Of a stretch of DNA of 64,000 bases, positions 38,501 through 50,896 are shown piece by piece. The position numbers and the translations under genes are program-made. How positions within the stretch are numbered: position 1 is the stretch's first letter; each line of letters begins with the position of its first letter. The DNA is from Selaginella moellendorffii. Lineage: Eukaryota; Plantae; Lycopodiophyta. Where the stretch lies: contig NW_003314282.1 of assembly GCF_000143415.4 (NCBI RefSeq), forward strand, positions 655,700 through 719,699, given 5' to 3'. The notes below the pieces were generated by a model. The model was not told the origin of the DNA, made no database searches, and saw nothing but the letters and a program-made list of their open reading frames with translations.

Positions 38501-40309
38501 GAAGCTGCATGTGTCGGAGGTTCTTGGCGACTTGAGTCGTGGAAACACGACCAAGTCTTGGGAACTTTGTTGACTGGTGGAGGACAGTTCGGGACAACAT
38601 CCCGACAAAGCGAAGTGTCCGAGGTGGATGGACGTGGAAGACACTATGGGCGCATTTTTGGATCTAGTGACAGGGAAGTGCTGTCACAAAGGGGGCCAGT
38701 GGCAGATGGCCGAGTTGGTTTGCTCGCGGAGGGGATCCCACATGGTTCTTGCTTCAGGGCTAGTCCTTTGAGGAGGTTCGCGGAGGCTTGCAAGTCTTGT
38801 GATTGTCGCGATGCCGGCAACGGGGGCTCGTATATCATTGAAGGGGGCCAGCGCACTTGTCTAGTGTGGGAGGCAAGGTAGTACGCTCTAGTCTAGAGCT
38901 GGAGGAGGCTCACACCTTGCTTGTTCTACGCCTTGGAGTTTGTTCGCAATGGGCACCGACTTAGTGCTGGAAGTACACTGGGGAGGTAGGCACTCCGAGA
39001 CACAGCATCACGTCTTGGGGCGTAACAAGTGGCTTCAGCTTGTGCAGTGGAATCACCTTGGAGGCGAGTGACCCATGAGCGACGCCGGGTCATCGTGCTC
39101 GAGTTGGACTGCTTGGCTGCGATGACGTCGAGCTAGATCGACATGGTGTTCGTCCGGCTTGACATCATTGTGACCGAGTGGAGGAGTGGCGAGGCGAAGC
39201 AGGTGGCTTCAAGCTCCACGGTGGAGTCACTTGGGAGGTGGACGGCCCAAGAGCAGCGCCGGGCGTTCGCACTCATAGTTTCACTAGTTTCTTCAAGAGT
39301 GCGCTCTCAATGTTGTTTTGATCCCTTTGGGATTGGGGTAATGTACATATATGTTTAGCGAATGCTGAATGTAGCCTGAGGCAAGGTTCTCATCCACGTA
39401 CTCTTTGAGGGCCTTAAGCTCGGACGGGGATAACCCGTAGATAGGCCCCCACGGAGGTGACGCTCCTTCCTGTAAATCAATGGGACAATCATAAGGCCGA
39501 TGAACAGGAAGTACACTAGCTTTTTTCTTGTCAAACACATCCCCAAAATCATGATACTTCTCAGGAAGACTGACAGGAGAAACATGCAAAGCAAAAAGAA
39601 AAAGAGGTTCTTCATGAAGGAGTTCTTTCATAGTGATTGTGGAGATAGGAGGAGGGGTACGACTAAATGGAATGATGAAACAAGGATACTGTCCAGTGTA
39701 AGATAGAAGAGAGGAAAAAGAAGAGGATGAAAACATCGTAGAGTCAAGAACAGAATCCCGACTTGAGTTTAGGGAACTTTTCCTGATTTGGACTCGATGA
39801 ACACCAAGGGAAGCCATGGGAGATGGTGATGTGGGAGAGATGAGCTGTAAGTCCTTCCAACAAATCTGAGGCTGATGTAGTTGGAACCAAGGAAGACCGA
39901 GCACCACAGAGGAGGACTTGCTGTTGATGATGTTGAAGGCGATATCGGTGACGGTGGACCCGATGTGTACTCAAACGGGCAACGTTTCCCTAAGTCCAGA
40001 AGATGGAGACACAAAATGCCTGCCGATGCCTTCAACCCTCAGATCCCGTATGGTAGGAGAAAGAGGAACGTGATGTCGGGCAGCAAAGTCCGTGTCCATG
40101 AAGCAGGAAGTTGCACCTGAGTCCAGTAGCGCCAAAGCCTTGAGTCCTGATTGTCCGGTGAAAGAAAGGAGACATGGGATGCGGAAGTTGCGGGAATTGG
40201 TGGTGGCTTTGATGAAAGGTGGTGAGGAGCTTGATAAGGAAGAAAAGTGATTTTTATTTGGGGAGTCCAAACAGACAGCTCCTACTCTGTTTGGACAGGG
40301 TCGTTTCCC
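35583..40309 (-). pseudogene. Pol of element 2 (-1 frame to gag), interrupted by three TGA stops and a 937-bp insertion
   Basis: Segments are in one frame once the insertion and one TSD copy are removed; stops at 39971, 36576 and 36273. Confidence 0.88.
38421..39357 (+). mobile_element. Nested insertion with 16-bp TSD, probably a 5'-truncated decayed non-LTR (LINE) element
   Basis: GCGAATGCTGAATGTA at 38405-38420 and 39358-39373; Trp-rich frames and a CxxC (CKSC) reminiscent of L1 ORF2 ends; no TIRs or LTRs. Confidence 0.65.
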
Positions 40310-41289
40310 AACTGCAACAGAGGTGGACTTTGAGGCAAAGTGAACTCGAACAATCGGGGAGGCTTCCTGGGACACACAGCTGCTTTGTGATTAAGATCAG
40401 CACAGTAGAGGCAAAGATTATGAGATATTCGACGTTGCCTCTCAGCAGGACTCAACTTCCCTCTAATGAGTCGGGGAGTACCAGAAATATCCATCGGGAC
40501 CGGAGCAGTAGGTTCAGGACTATGCCCCGAAGACTCAAGCTGGGATTCCTGAGTCTGGGACGGAAAAACAGCGGCGCGGCGACTTTCCTGACGACGTTCA
40601 AAGAGATGATTGTCACATCGAACAGCTTTGTTGATGGCGTCCGACAGGTCCTTGGGATCCTCCATGGTGAGCAATAAATCCTTGACACCGTTGTTGAGGC
40701 CGAAACGAAATTGGTCAATCAGGGCCCGCTCATCCCACTGAGTGTCCAAGGCAAGGAGTTGGAACTCTGCAGCGTAGATCGAGGCAGGACGAGACCTCTG
40801 AGAGAGACGTCTCATCTTTGTGGTAGCAGCCCGAACCCGATCCGTCTCGCCAAAACATGCTTCGAGCTTCTCTTTGAACAATTGAAGATCCATCAGCTCC
40901 GGAACCACGACCCCTTTCATGCTCTTCTCCAGAAGAGGAGAAAACCATGACAAAGCTGCACCCTCAAGCAACGTCCCAATCGCGCTGATTTGAGACTCGG
41001 GAGTGGGGTACCGCCGATGTTGAAGTGCAAAGATCAGCTCCATTTGGTTCAAAAATCCACGAAGCTCCGAACGCTTGCCTGAAAATTTCGCCGGGAAACT
41101 CACCTTCGGTTCAGGAACTTTGCTGGATCCTTGAGCCGAAAGTGAAGCAAGCTCCTGCTGCATGCGAAGAAGGGTCGCCTTCAGCTCGGTATTCTCAAAC
41201 TGGATTTTTGCAAGGACTTCGGCAAAGAAATCAGGATGGCTTGGAGACTCCATTGGCAAGAAGAAAGAAAAGAAAGGGGGAAAAAGCAA
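40282..41289 (-). CDS. Gag of element 2
   Basis: PAKFSG..SELRGFL, LLEGAALSW, LIDQFRFGL, PMDI, CLYC...HKAAVCP. Confidence 0.9.
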   Translation of the reverse strand: MLFPPFFSFFLPMESPSHPDFFAEVLAKIQFENTELKATLLRMQQELASLSAQGSSKVPEPKVSFPAKFSGKRSELRGFLNQMELIFALQHRRYPTPESQISAIGTLLEGAALSWFSPLLEKSMKGVVVPELMDLQLFKEKLEACFGETDRVRAATTKMRRLSQRSRPASIYAAEFQLLALDTQWDERALIDQFRFGLNNGVKDLLLTMEDPKDLSDAINKAVRCDNHLFERRQESRRAAVFPSQTQESQLESSGHSPEPTAPVPMDISGTPRLIRGKLSPAERQRRISHNLCLYCADLNHKAAVCPRKPPRLFEFTLPQSPPLLQLGNDPVQTE

Positions 41290-43078
41290 TCAAATAACCA
41301 AAACGAGCTAAAAGAAAAGCAAAAAGCACAATCTGAATCAAACTGTCAAGACCCCCAACAAGATCAAGACTAGAAAATGCTAAAGACAAAGAGAAAAGCT
41401 AGTGAAAACAAAGAAAAGGCCTTAGACTGGTGTTGATTCAGATTGTGGAGAAATGGAACAAGGCTAACCTATATATACTATAGGTTGATGAAGCTCCACC
41501 ACTCTTGGATCGAGGACGGCCTAAATACAGCTGAGGTCGAGGAGGCGCCACATCATCATCAGGAATGTGGCTCGAGACTCAAGAATCGGGAAGTGTCTCG
41601 AGAGTCAGGAATAGGGAAGTGTCTCGAGAGTCAGGAATAGGGAAGTGTCTCGAGAGTCAGGAATGTGGTCTGCAGGTCAGGAATCCGGCGAGAGTCAGGA
41701 ATGTGGCAAGAATTAGGGGATTCCTGACAGTTACCCCTCTACCTTGGCTGGCCTAAAAAGTTTGGCAACTCTTCATTATTATAGAAGATTAGTATTGCCT
41801 AACAAATGCTGGGTGAATACAAAAATCTAGAATTGAATGCAATTTATTTTTATAATTTTCATATTTTTATGAAATTGTCCTCTTTTATTTGGCTTGTCTT
41901 CTATATAAAAAATATAGTCATAATTTTCATATATCTGGACAATATGAACCATCTGTTGTATTATGAGTCTTGATATCTCACTATGTTTTAAAATTTTAAG
42001 AACATTAATATATTACTTAGACAAAGCAGAAGAAGAATTATAAAGAATAATTTTATTAATATAGATGCAGTATTACTCCAACATATTACTATCTAAGCAA
42101 AAGTAACCAGGAATAATTGTTATTAATATAGATGTAGGATGGAAACTTAATTATATGGAAGTTTTATAGCACTAAGATTTTAAGAATTTAGTCATGGCTC
42201 CATATACTTACATGTCATTCCCAAGTAAAGAGCCATACCCAAACTTCTATATACCCAATCTTAGATTGCAAGCAAAAGCTACATCCAAGCCTCCTTGAGC
42301 AAAGATCCCATGGCAATGGGATTTGTAATTATTATCTTTCAAAATCTTGCATTAATTAGTAAAATACACAATGTTTTCTTAAGTAGACTGAAATCCTTCT
42401 AAGACATTTAAATTTAAATGATAGTCTACCTGTCTACTTATTTGCCAGAATTATTTTTACTTTTGTAATACTTAATACACTTCATAGATTAATATTAAAA
42501 AAAATACATCTATTTTTAAGGGTTTTTTTGTTGGAGCTTTGATCATGGAGCTACATTCTTGATAAGACCAAGCCAACCCAGCCATGTTTGAGCGGTGGAA
42601 TGTCATCTTGGTTTTAAATTTAAATCTGATACCTAGATTACAGGAAAATGCATATTGCTGGATCAGTACAGACAAAGGAATGAAGAATTGTCATGTAGGA
42701 TTGCTCAAAGCAAAACACCCTGTGATGAGCAGAGGCATGGCTGCCAGGTTCAAGGTGACAGGACACTCACCGCCATAGTCATGGAGCTTGCATACCGAGA
42801 CTGTGGCTTGGAGAGTGTGCTGGGAGCTTCAAAACTGTAGCTGTGCAAAAGTTTTACTAGTTTAGTTTATTATAACCTCCCTGTTTATTCTTCGGATTCT
42901 CAAGGTTGACGAAGCCGAAACACTTCGACTTTCCATCGGAGTCCCCGGAGTACTCCTCTACTGTACTCCTTCAGTTGATTTTTATCTTTTTCGTTGCTGT
43001 CTTAGGTAAAGGTCCGCCTCTGTCTAATCTAAGACCTAGCCTTAATACACAGGATTTCCCCATCTCTTAGGATCGACT

Positions 43079-44735
43079 ATGAAGCTGGGTGGCGTGGCTG
43101 GGGCGGGAGGAGTGATGGGCATGGAGGACTGTGTGGTTTGTGTCGATGGCACCCCGGGTGACTGTAGGCGTCTGCCGTGTGCGATGGCGTATACATGGTG
43201 CCTGGCTGCCTGGCGGGCTTACGAGGAGTCTCCAGGAGGCATCTTGAGAGAAAAGGCGGAGGAGGATCTGCGGGAGTCGCACGCAGTGGCAATTTGTTGT
43301 GTGGCCGGACACTTTATGGGTTCTTGCCTCGGCTCCATGTTCGTCACTGACAACGAGCTCTTCAAGCTCGTTGCTCTCCTCTACTTGTCTCGCCGTCTCC
43401 AGCATTCCAGCCGCTTCAAGGATTGTGCCCGTTGTCTGGACGGGAGTGGCTGTGATGGCCCCAAGCTTCGTGCTTTCTCTGAGTTTGGTACCTCCCTCGA
43501 GGTGAAACTGGCAGAGCGTGACCCGAAGCAGCGCCTCACTCATTGTCTGGACGAACTGTGGGGTGAGTCAAACTCTTCTCTTGTTCATCCGATTCGTCTC
43601 TGCTTTCGCATTGCAGGTGACTGGCGCTCTGTTTTGGACAGCATCTTGCACACGGATTTCGTCTTCCTGATGCCTCCTCGCCATGCGGTAAGCTTGTAAA
43701 CTCACTTGCATTTATTATTGCCACCTTATAGGGCCCTGCAACCAGCTTGTTGCTGAAGCAACTTCGAAAGCATATCAAGGCTCTCAAAGGCACTCCCAAG
43801 AAGCGGCCGTTATGCAAAGTGAGGGACAAGGTAGCCTCTCATTACGAAGCCGAATTGGGCCGCAATTGGAGCGCGTCATACAGGCTCCATACTCAAAATG
43901 CGTCAAGGGAGTACATTTGGGGCAGGGACATTGGAGCGACTTGTGGATTACCGTATCCCAATGACGCCGAAGAATGGTCCAGGTATGGTTTTCTCACTGT
44001 CGGCCAAGCCGTGGAACTCCTCAAGGCTGCCAAGGACAACCAGCTCTTGGAGGCCCTGGTCATGGAGCCGCCTCCAAACTCCGTGCTCATTTCCAACATC
44101 ATGGCAATCCTCGACTGCACTGAGCATGCCCGGCTATGGTTGGCGAAGTCGAAGCTCCCAGTCTACTACAACTTCCCGCATCTGACATGTAAGTCATTCC
44201 TTCCATTCATTTCTCTTTCCGCCAGGTACCGCTCACTGCAATCGCAGATGCCAAGCTTCGGGATGAGCAATCAACCTCCACTCTTTCTCAAGAGTGTAAA
44301 TTGGCACTAGAGTCTCCCCTGGGTTTTGCAGCGCGCATTCCGTCACCTGTGGAGAAGTTTCTGAGGCGTTTGGCTATAGATGCAAACGGGTAAACAAAAA
44401 TCACACAAACTGGCATTGGCTAAACCGTGCTTGTGTTGTACAGAGAGTTGCTTGATGACGAGGATGTCTCTGGCTGGTTTGCCGTGCTGCCGGAGGGCTT
44501 CAACTCAGGCAAGTTTCTTCTTCGCCGTCTCCAGATACCGAGAGGTCTGGGAAACGACCTCCAAGACAAGGACTGGCTTCGTCAGGTGGCTCACACAGTC
44601 ACCCTGCTATCGAAGTGTGAGCCGCTCGACAAGCTCAGGTATATTCTACGCAGCAATGTACCGCCCAAGGAACACGTCTCCGACTTTGTGCGCACAGCAC
44701 AAGGCACGTCCGAAATAGACTGGCCTGAGTGTTAG
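43079..44735 (+). CDS. Unknown Cys-rich multi-exon protein
   Basis: Long GC-rich ORF segments joined by short GT-AG introns (for example 43563-43617, 43688-43731); CVVC...C...C N-terminus; no recognised family. Confidence 0.5.
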
Positions 44736-47352
44736 TGTGCTGCATCGTAGAATACGCAGAATCTACCTTGATATTCCGGATTCCCCGCTAGATAAAAGAT
44801 TGAACTAAGAAGATCCAGTTTCTAGTTCCATTACATATCCCCGAGTCTCTGACGAAGGAATCATCTTGAGACGAGAAGGCCAGCGTTCAGCACCACCTTT
44901 CGGCCTAGTGCGTTCAGATCCTTGCCGCCGCCGCCCACCAGGATTTCTCCCCGGGGCTCGCCCCAGGAATTGCTGGATCTCCGCCGCATCTTGCATCGTG
45001 CACAGCGGCGAGCTTGATCACGCTCCGGGGACTCGTGGAGCATCGTATCGGACCTCGCACTCAAGCGGCTGGTCGTCACGGAGGGGAGGTCGGTCTCTCG
45101 CCTCCACCTCGCAAGCGAGCGTGCCGTGTACCGTGGAGGGCCGGCGCAGCTGGTCGCAACTGGGGGATATTGTTGTAGGTTTTAGAGTTATTGAACTGAT
45201 TGAACCCTAATTGAAATCACTCACAATCTGCTTATCAGTCTATTTAAAAGAGCAAGGGTATAAAACCAAGGCTCTTAGGCTATATTTGTTGCATTTTTTT
45301 TTTTTCTTGTTTTTGAGTGGAAGCTTTCCTACTGATTTTGATTTTGAGCAGCTTTCCTTCTCAGATCTATGAAATGAATGGCGTCTATCGTCAGAATTGG
45401 GAGGCAGGGCATTCTTCTATATCATGGTAGCAGTTTTTTTACTGAACCATATTCTTGCAACGCTTTTCCAATCTTAAGTTTTGGACTGTTCTTGGGCTAC
45501 AAGATACCCACCTTGGCTGAGGAAAGCAAAGCTGGACCCATCTGGAACTGGTGGACTTTACACTCCCAGAGTGGCTCCAAGCAAGGAGGGGAAGCACGCT
45601 TGATCAGGGAAGAACACTACTGCCAGAAGAGCTCTACCGCCACCCTTAGATAAATCCGCACTAGGTCGTGAGCATCGTGAGATTATGAGGATGAGGAAGA
45701 GGCTCACATGAGCAAACAAAGATGTCCAAAACATCCACGAGCTTTTGAGGAAAAAAATCACCTATGATCTTAACAACGTTTTTTTTCCAGGCCTGCAAGT
45801 TGAATTATCTTTGGTCTAAAGAAGAAAAGGTTCAAACTGAGAATCTAACCACAGATACCCGGATATCATGTTTTCCTGAAGGAATCTAGACTAAATCTTA
45901 TAATTAATTGTTAATAAGTCTTTAATTCTTTATCACTTTGGCTGCACAAAAACAAGGAGGTTATGGTAGCCATGTTCTTATATCTCCATTTTCTTAGTGT
46001 AATTATAACCTTCATTTACTATGCACAATGACAATGTTTTGTAATTGTTCTTTACTGCCAAATTAAATGCTAAATTCTTTGGGGGTCTTGTAAAAGACTT
46101 TGAGGCTGATCATTAATCATAATAAAGCTATATAAAATAAAATTGTTATATACAGTGACTATAATAGATGTGTTTATATTAATATATTGCCAGGGAGCTA
46201 ATTTTATATCCCTAATGAGGCTCACCTAAACACATTGTCTATTAACCTTAAATACATGAATTTTATTATATCTGTTTTAACAGATGAGGTAAAGTAGACA
46301 TATGGATCACAAAAGCTCACTACTTATTTATTGATTCGCTTAAGCAAACTTGTAAGTGGTAGTGGATATTCCAGATATATCTTAGGATATTAGAAAATAC
46401 TATCATCATGATGTTTATAAATTACAAACATATTTATAATTTATAAAATTTCTTAAACTTGGTGTAATATTCTATATTTATTCTTTTCATTTTTTTCTCA
46501 CGATATAAATCCTTGCTCAAAGAAAAATTGAGTTTAAGAAGAGTAGATTATCATCTCTCTTGTATTTTTTTTTCATTATCTATCTTCTTAATCCAGAACA
46601 TGTCTGACAAATCTCACATTATCATCCGCTCTTTCTTTGCTTTTATTCTGGATTATCCACGAAAAAAAGAGGAGGATTTTTCTTTGACACATCCAACTGC
46701 ATTGTGAGAGAATTGATTTGAGTCAGGAATTCTCCTTGTTGCAGGCTCTATAGGCCTTCCTCTCCCCCTGGCACCTTTTCTTTCTTGGATCTCTAGAAAC
46801 AAAAATCACTTGTTCTTTGTTTTGTATGCAATGAACCGTTGACATTGGCATGCTTTGCCTCACAGAGTTATGAGAGGTTTCATAGCTCCCTTAGCACAGC
46901 CTCATGGGAAAGTTTTCAAGTGAGCTTAACTTGAGTCAATGAAAGTATAAATTGATACCAACAATCAAAACAAGAACGAAAAACTTGACACCACCAGATT
47001 CAGCACTTATGCTGTCAAAAGACTTGCTTTATGTATTTATATCCTGTTTTACATCTTCTTGTTAATCTTGTTGTTGCACTTGTTCCTCCTAAAATATTGA
47101 TCCTCCTTGCGCTGATCTTCTCTCCTAGAGGAGATTCATAAGCAAGAGTATAATTCAGAGAATCACTAACATCACTGCTGAAAACATTGCTCCCTTCTCA
47201 AAGAAGAGCAATATAACCCGCAAAAGAAAAACAAAGAAAACTACACCACTTTTCATGCTGATTGGAATATACAATCAAAATTCAAACTCAATGATTGTTA
47301 GGGCCAGTGTCTAGGTCTCGCCGAGCGGTAAGACTTATCGACCGATTCAAGC

Positions 47353-48814
47353 ATGGCTTCTTCACGCATTTCGATCCTATCAGCTCGGTTACCGTCCACA
47401 AATCTCAATGTAGGTGGAGCTTCTCCGATCGAATCAACTATTGCCTTTTTCTTTCTCTCGCAGGGCTCTCATCAAAGTTTGGGAGCGGCAATGATGGACC
47501 TTCTTCCAGCGCTCCATAATCACTGTAAGAACAGGAGCGCTACTCTTTTAAGATGTTCCAGAGCTGCTGCTGCTACCAACGGAAACTCGGCAGTTTTGAT
47601 GCAAAAGAAGAAGGAAGAAAAAGACGACGAGAAAATCGATCAGTCGCCCCGGCATCTCTTTCAGTATCCAGATGGGCCGTCGCAAGCAACGTTTTTTCGA
47701 TTTGACGATGTGGAAGAAGTTTCTTCGGCGCTGGCCGAGTATATCGTTCAAGTTTCCAATGAGGCTATCAAGCAGCGAGGTAAGTTCACTTTCGTGCTCT
47801 CGGGTGGTTCCATAGTGAAGGTAACTGAAAGTTCCCTCTTCATCTTCTTCGTTTTTCGTTTTTCATTTCGTTGTGAATGATTTTCTTGCATCCAGGCTTT
47901 GCGATTTCTCGCGGAAGGCCCCGTTTTTCACAGCATTGCTTGGGACAAATGGAATGTTTTCTGGGTGGACGAACGAGTGGTGCCTTTGAACCACGAAGAT
48001 AGTAATTACAAGCTCGCCAAGGTGAATGAATTGTGTGCTTTTTTGCACGTTAATTTTTTATTTTTTCTCTGTGATTTTATTTTTCTACAGGACGAGTTTT
48101 TGTCCAAGGTGCCAATTCCTCACGAACAAATTCATGCAATCCAGAATTTCCACGATGAAAAGGCTGCGGCCCATGCATACGAATCAAAGCTAAGGTTGTT
48201 TCTCTATCTTTTGTTCTTTAGTTCTTCGATGGAAATGGCCTGGACAGGGAGCTTGTGAGGAAGAAAGTGATCGCAACGAAAACCACCAAGAAGTTCCCAC
48301 GCTTCGACTTTGTAAGTTCGCTCGTTCGCTGCTCTCCTTCTCAGCTAAATTCAAGATGGTATTTCACAGGTACTCTTGGGACTTGGTCCAGATGGCCATG
48401 TCGCCTCGCTATTTCCAAATCGTCCCTCGCTAGCTGAAGAAAAGCTATGGGTGCTTCCAATATCCAACTCTCCAAAGCCTCCATCGAAACGAATCACAAT
48501 GACACTTCCATGCATCAACGCTGCCGAGCATGTAAGTGGTGACGAGGAGATCTCCCAGATTTCATTTTTTTTCTTCTTCTCTACAGGTTGCGTTTGTGGC
48601 CTTGGGCTCTGGAAAAGCTCATGTTCTTCACAGAGTTCTCGAAAGACCAGCACTCCCAGGCTCGTTACCAGCTCAAATGGTTAGAGTGGACGATGGAAAC
48701 TTGGTGTGGTTTGCCGACCAAGGCGCCACTTCGGAGCTCCACCTGGAGAATTGGAACAACGCAAAGCAGTTCCCCTTCTTCGATTTCAAGCAACCCGCGA
48801 GCGTTTCAAGCTAA
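47353..48814 (+). CDS. PGL: 6-phosphogluconolactonase, probably plastid-targeted
   Basis: [69 protein letters not shown]. Confidence 0.95.
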
Positions 48815-49025
48815 GTCGAAAACTTTCCTTTCTTCATCCAACGCAATAAAACTGTTCGTGCTAAGAAGCTCTCCCGAGTTAAAAGAGTGAAGGAATTCAC
48901 ATCGGCTTCCAACGTCATCCTAAAGTGGCTAGAAGATGAAAGAAAATACAAGTTGTGTGTACCTATTCGTTCGTAGCTTGGCGACTTTGTCTTCGCTGCT
49001 CCTGTGAGATCTCTTCTCGTCGTCG

Positions 49026-50643
49026 TCAAGCAGGCAGAGGCTCGCTGGTTTCCGGTTCTGGTGCCTCTGCCGACGAGACTGCTGATGGACCACTTGTGGG
49101 AATGAAGGACTTCACTGCTGGAGTGACACCACCGGGGGCGATTGCACGGTTGACAGCAGGAGCAGGCTCGGGACTGGGTGCTGGAGCTGGAGTAGTCGCC
49201 GAAGGAGCCATGATAATCTTCTTTTCTTTGATGATGTGTAGCACCTTGTTTGCTTCGTCGATGAAGGCTTCGTATCCCTCTATGTTCCGGATGACTATAT
49301 CGATCTGTGATAGGCATAAGATAAGCCAGCTTCTTCTCATAAGGAGTATAAAAGAGATATCTACCTGTAGGAAACCTTCACAGTTTGCCTTCAACGTTCT
49401 CAAAGCTACCTCTGCTCCTTCCGAGTAGGGGTATCTGCAGTAGCAAGTTTTCTTAAGCTAAAAACGCCTTGAAACTCTATAATCATACCCATAGATTCGG
49501 CACGAAAGTGGAGGAAACGCCAAGTACTTCAAGTTTTCTCTCCTGGCGACGAGAAGAGCAGCCCTGAAAACAAAGACATTTGGTCACATCCAGCAAGATA
49601 ATATTGAAGAGGAGAGATAGTTACTTGTAGGCTTTCTCAAGGTAAGGATCCGACTCTCTCACGTTGGTCGTCTCGTCTTTCTTATAGACTGGTCCAACAG
49701 TGTGGATGACACGAGCTACAGGCAAGTTGAAAGCTCTGCAAGACATCTATGCCTGTCAAGTTCGCTTGAAAAGAAAAACTAGCAGACCTGGTGCTGATGG
49801 CATCTCCAACCTCGGCCTTGATGCCTTGCGGAGCAACATCGGGCAGCCTCTGAGTAGCGTCCAAAAGTCTCGATCCAGCAGCTTTAAACAAAACTGGACC
49901 AAGAAGAAACCAAGTTACGAGAGGAAAACAAAGCTTTCGCTTTCATACCGGCATTCACAGCAGGTCCGGTGTTGAGCCTCTTGTTGCCCGGAGCAATCTA
50001 TAACAAAACCACATAAAACCATCAAAAGGAGAAGGAGAGAAAAAAGAATGGTACGTACCACAGCATCATACTTGCCATCGACATGCCACTTCGAGAGATC
50101 TCCAAAGTAAATGGTAGTGAAGCAAGTCTCAGACATCTTATAGTGGACGCGCTGGAGGAGCTCGGTTGGCGCTGGAGGAGGAGTGAGCCACTCCATGACT
50201 TTGGACTTCTGCTTGGTCGGATCGTAGGGCCTTGGAGTTCCTGGCTTTGGCCGCGGAGTTCCTGGAAGCCCAGGAATCTGTGTCCCCGGAAAGTTAAGTC
50301 CCAGAGCTCCAGTGAATCCCGGGGACATGGTGGGAGGCTTTGCGCAAGTCGATTGCTTCTCGATCGGCGCCACCGGAGCCATGGACGATGCTCGTCCCGG
50401 CGGCTTGGCCTCGGCGTTGCTGCTCTCGGAATCGACTGGCGGCGGAGGTGGCGGCGGCTGCCTGGTGCGATTATCCGTTGGAGGCTGGCTGACCCTCTTT
50501 GGCACCGCTGGAGTCGACGATGGCAGTGGAAATTCGCGACTGGCGCTCGTCTGGAAGGCACGGGCAGCGCCGGAGAGGAGATAGACGCTGCTACCGCTGC
50601 CGCCATGGCCGACTCTTCGCCGGAGCGCCTGCATTGCCTGCAT
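49026..50643 (-). CDS. Macrodomain (ADP-ribose-binding) protein with presequence-like N-terminus and Pro-rich linker
   Basis: YFGDLSKWHVDGKYDAV, AAGSRL, GDAIST..FNLPVARVIHTVGPVY, LAFPPLSCRIYGYP; multi-exon. Confidence 0.85.
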
Positions 50644-50896
50644 TGGAAGGGATTTCCTGCAAGGGATGCGCAGTAGAACCCTAGCGCTGGACAGAGAAAA
50701 GCTAACCCTAGCTGGACGCGCTGCCGCCTGGGATGCGCTGCAAGCCGCCTTGGAAGAGAACACGCAGCACCGGAAGAACCCTAAACCCTCAGGGTATGGG
50801 GGAGGGTTTATGTGTCAGCCGTCCGATCAAAAGCATATTCTCCTGGGAGAGATATTTTACCGTTTAGGGTTTTTGGGGAGAAAATCGACCGGAGGG

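Larger units (their letters stand above)
35212..41729 (-). mobile_element. Full-length Ty3/gypsy chromovirus, Tcn1/Tf1-like (element 2)
   Basis: LTRs 35212-35571 and 41344-41729 (TG...CA); TSD GTTAC at 35207-35211 and 41730-41734; PPT AGGAGGGGGTGC; gag 40282-41289; pol with LDSGAT, YLDD, RNase H, integrase, chromodomain EYEVQDIL...YLVDWKGY. Confidence 0.97.

Noticed and set aside
44805-45761. Short GC-rich ORFs downstream of the orphan gene
   Set aside because: No family similarity or coherent gene structure
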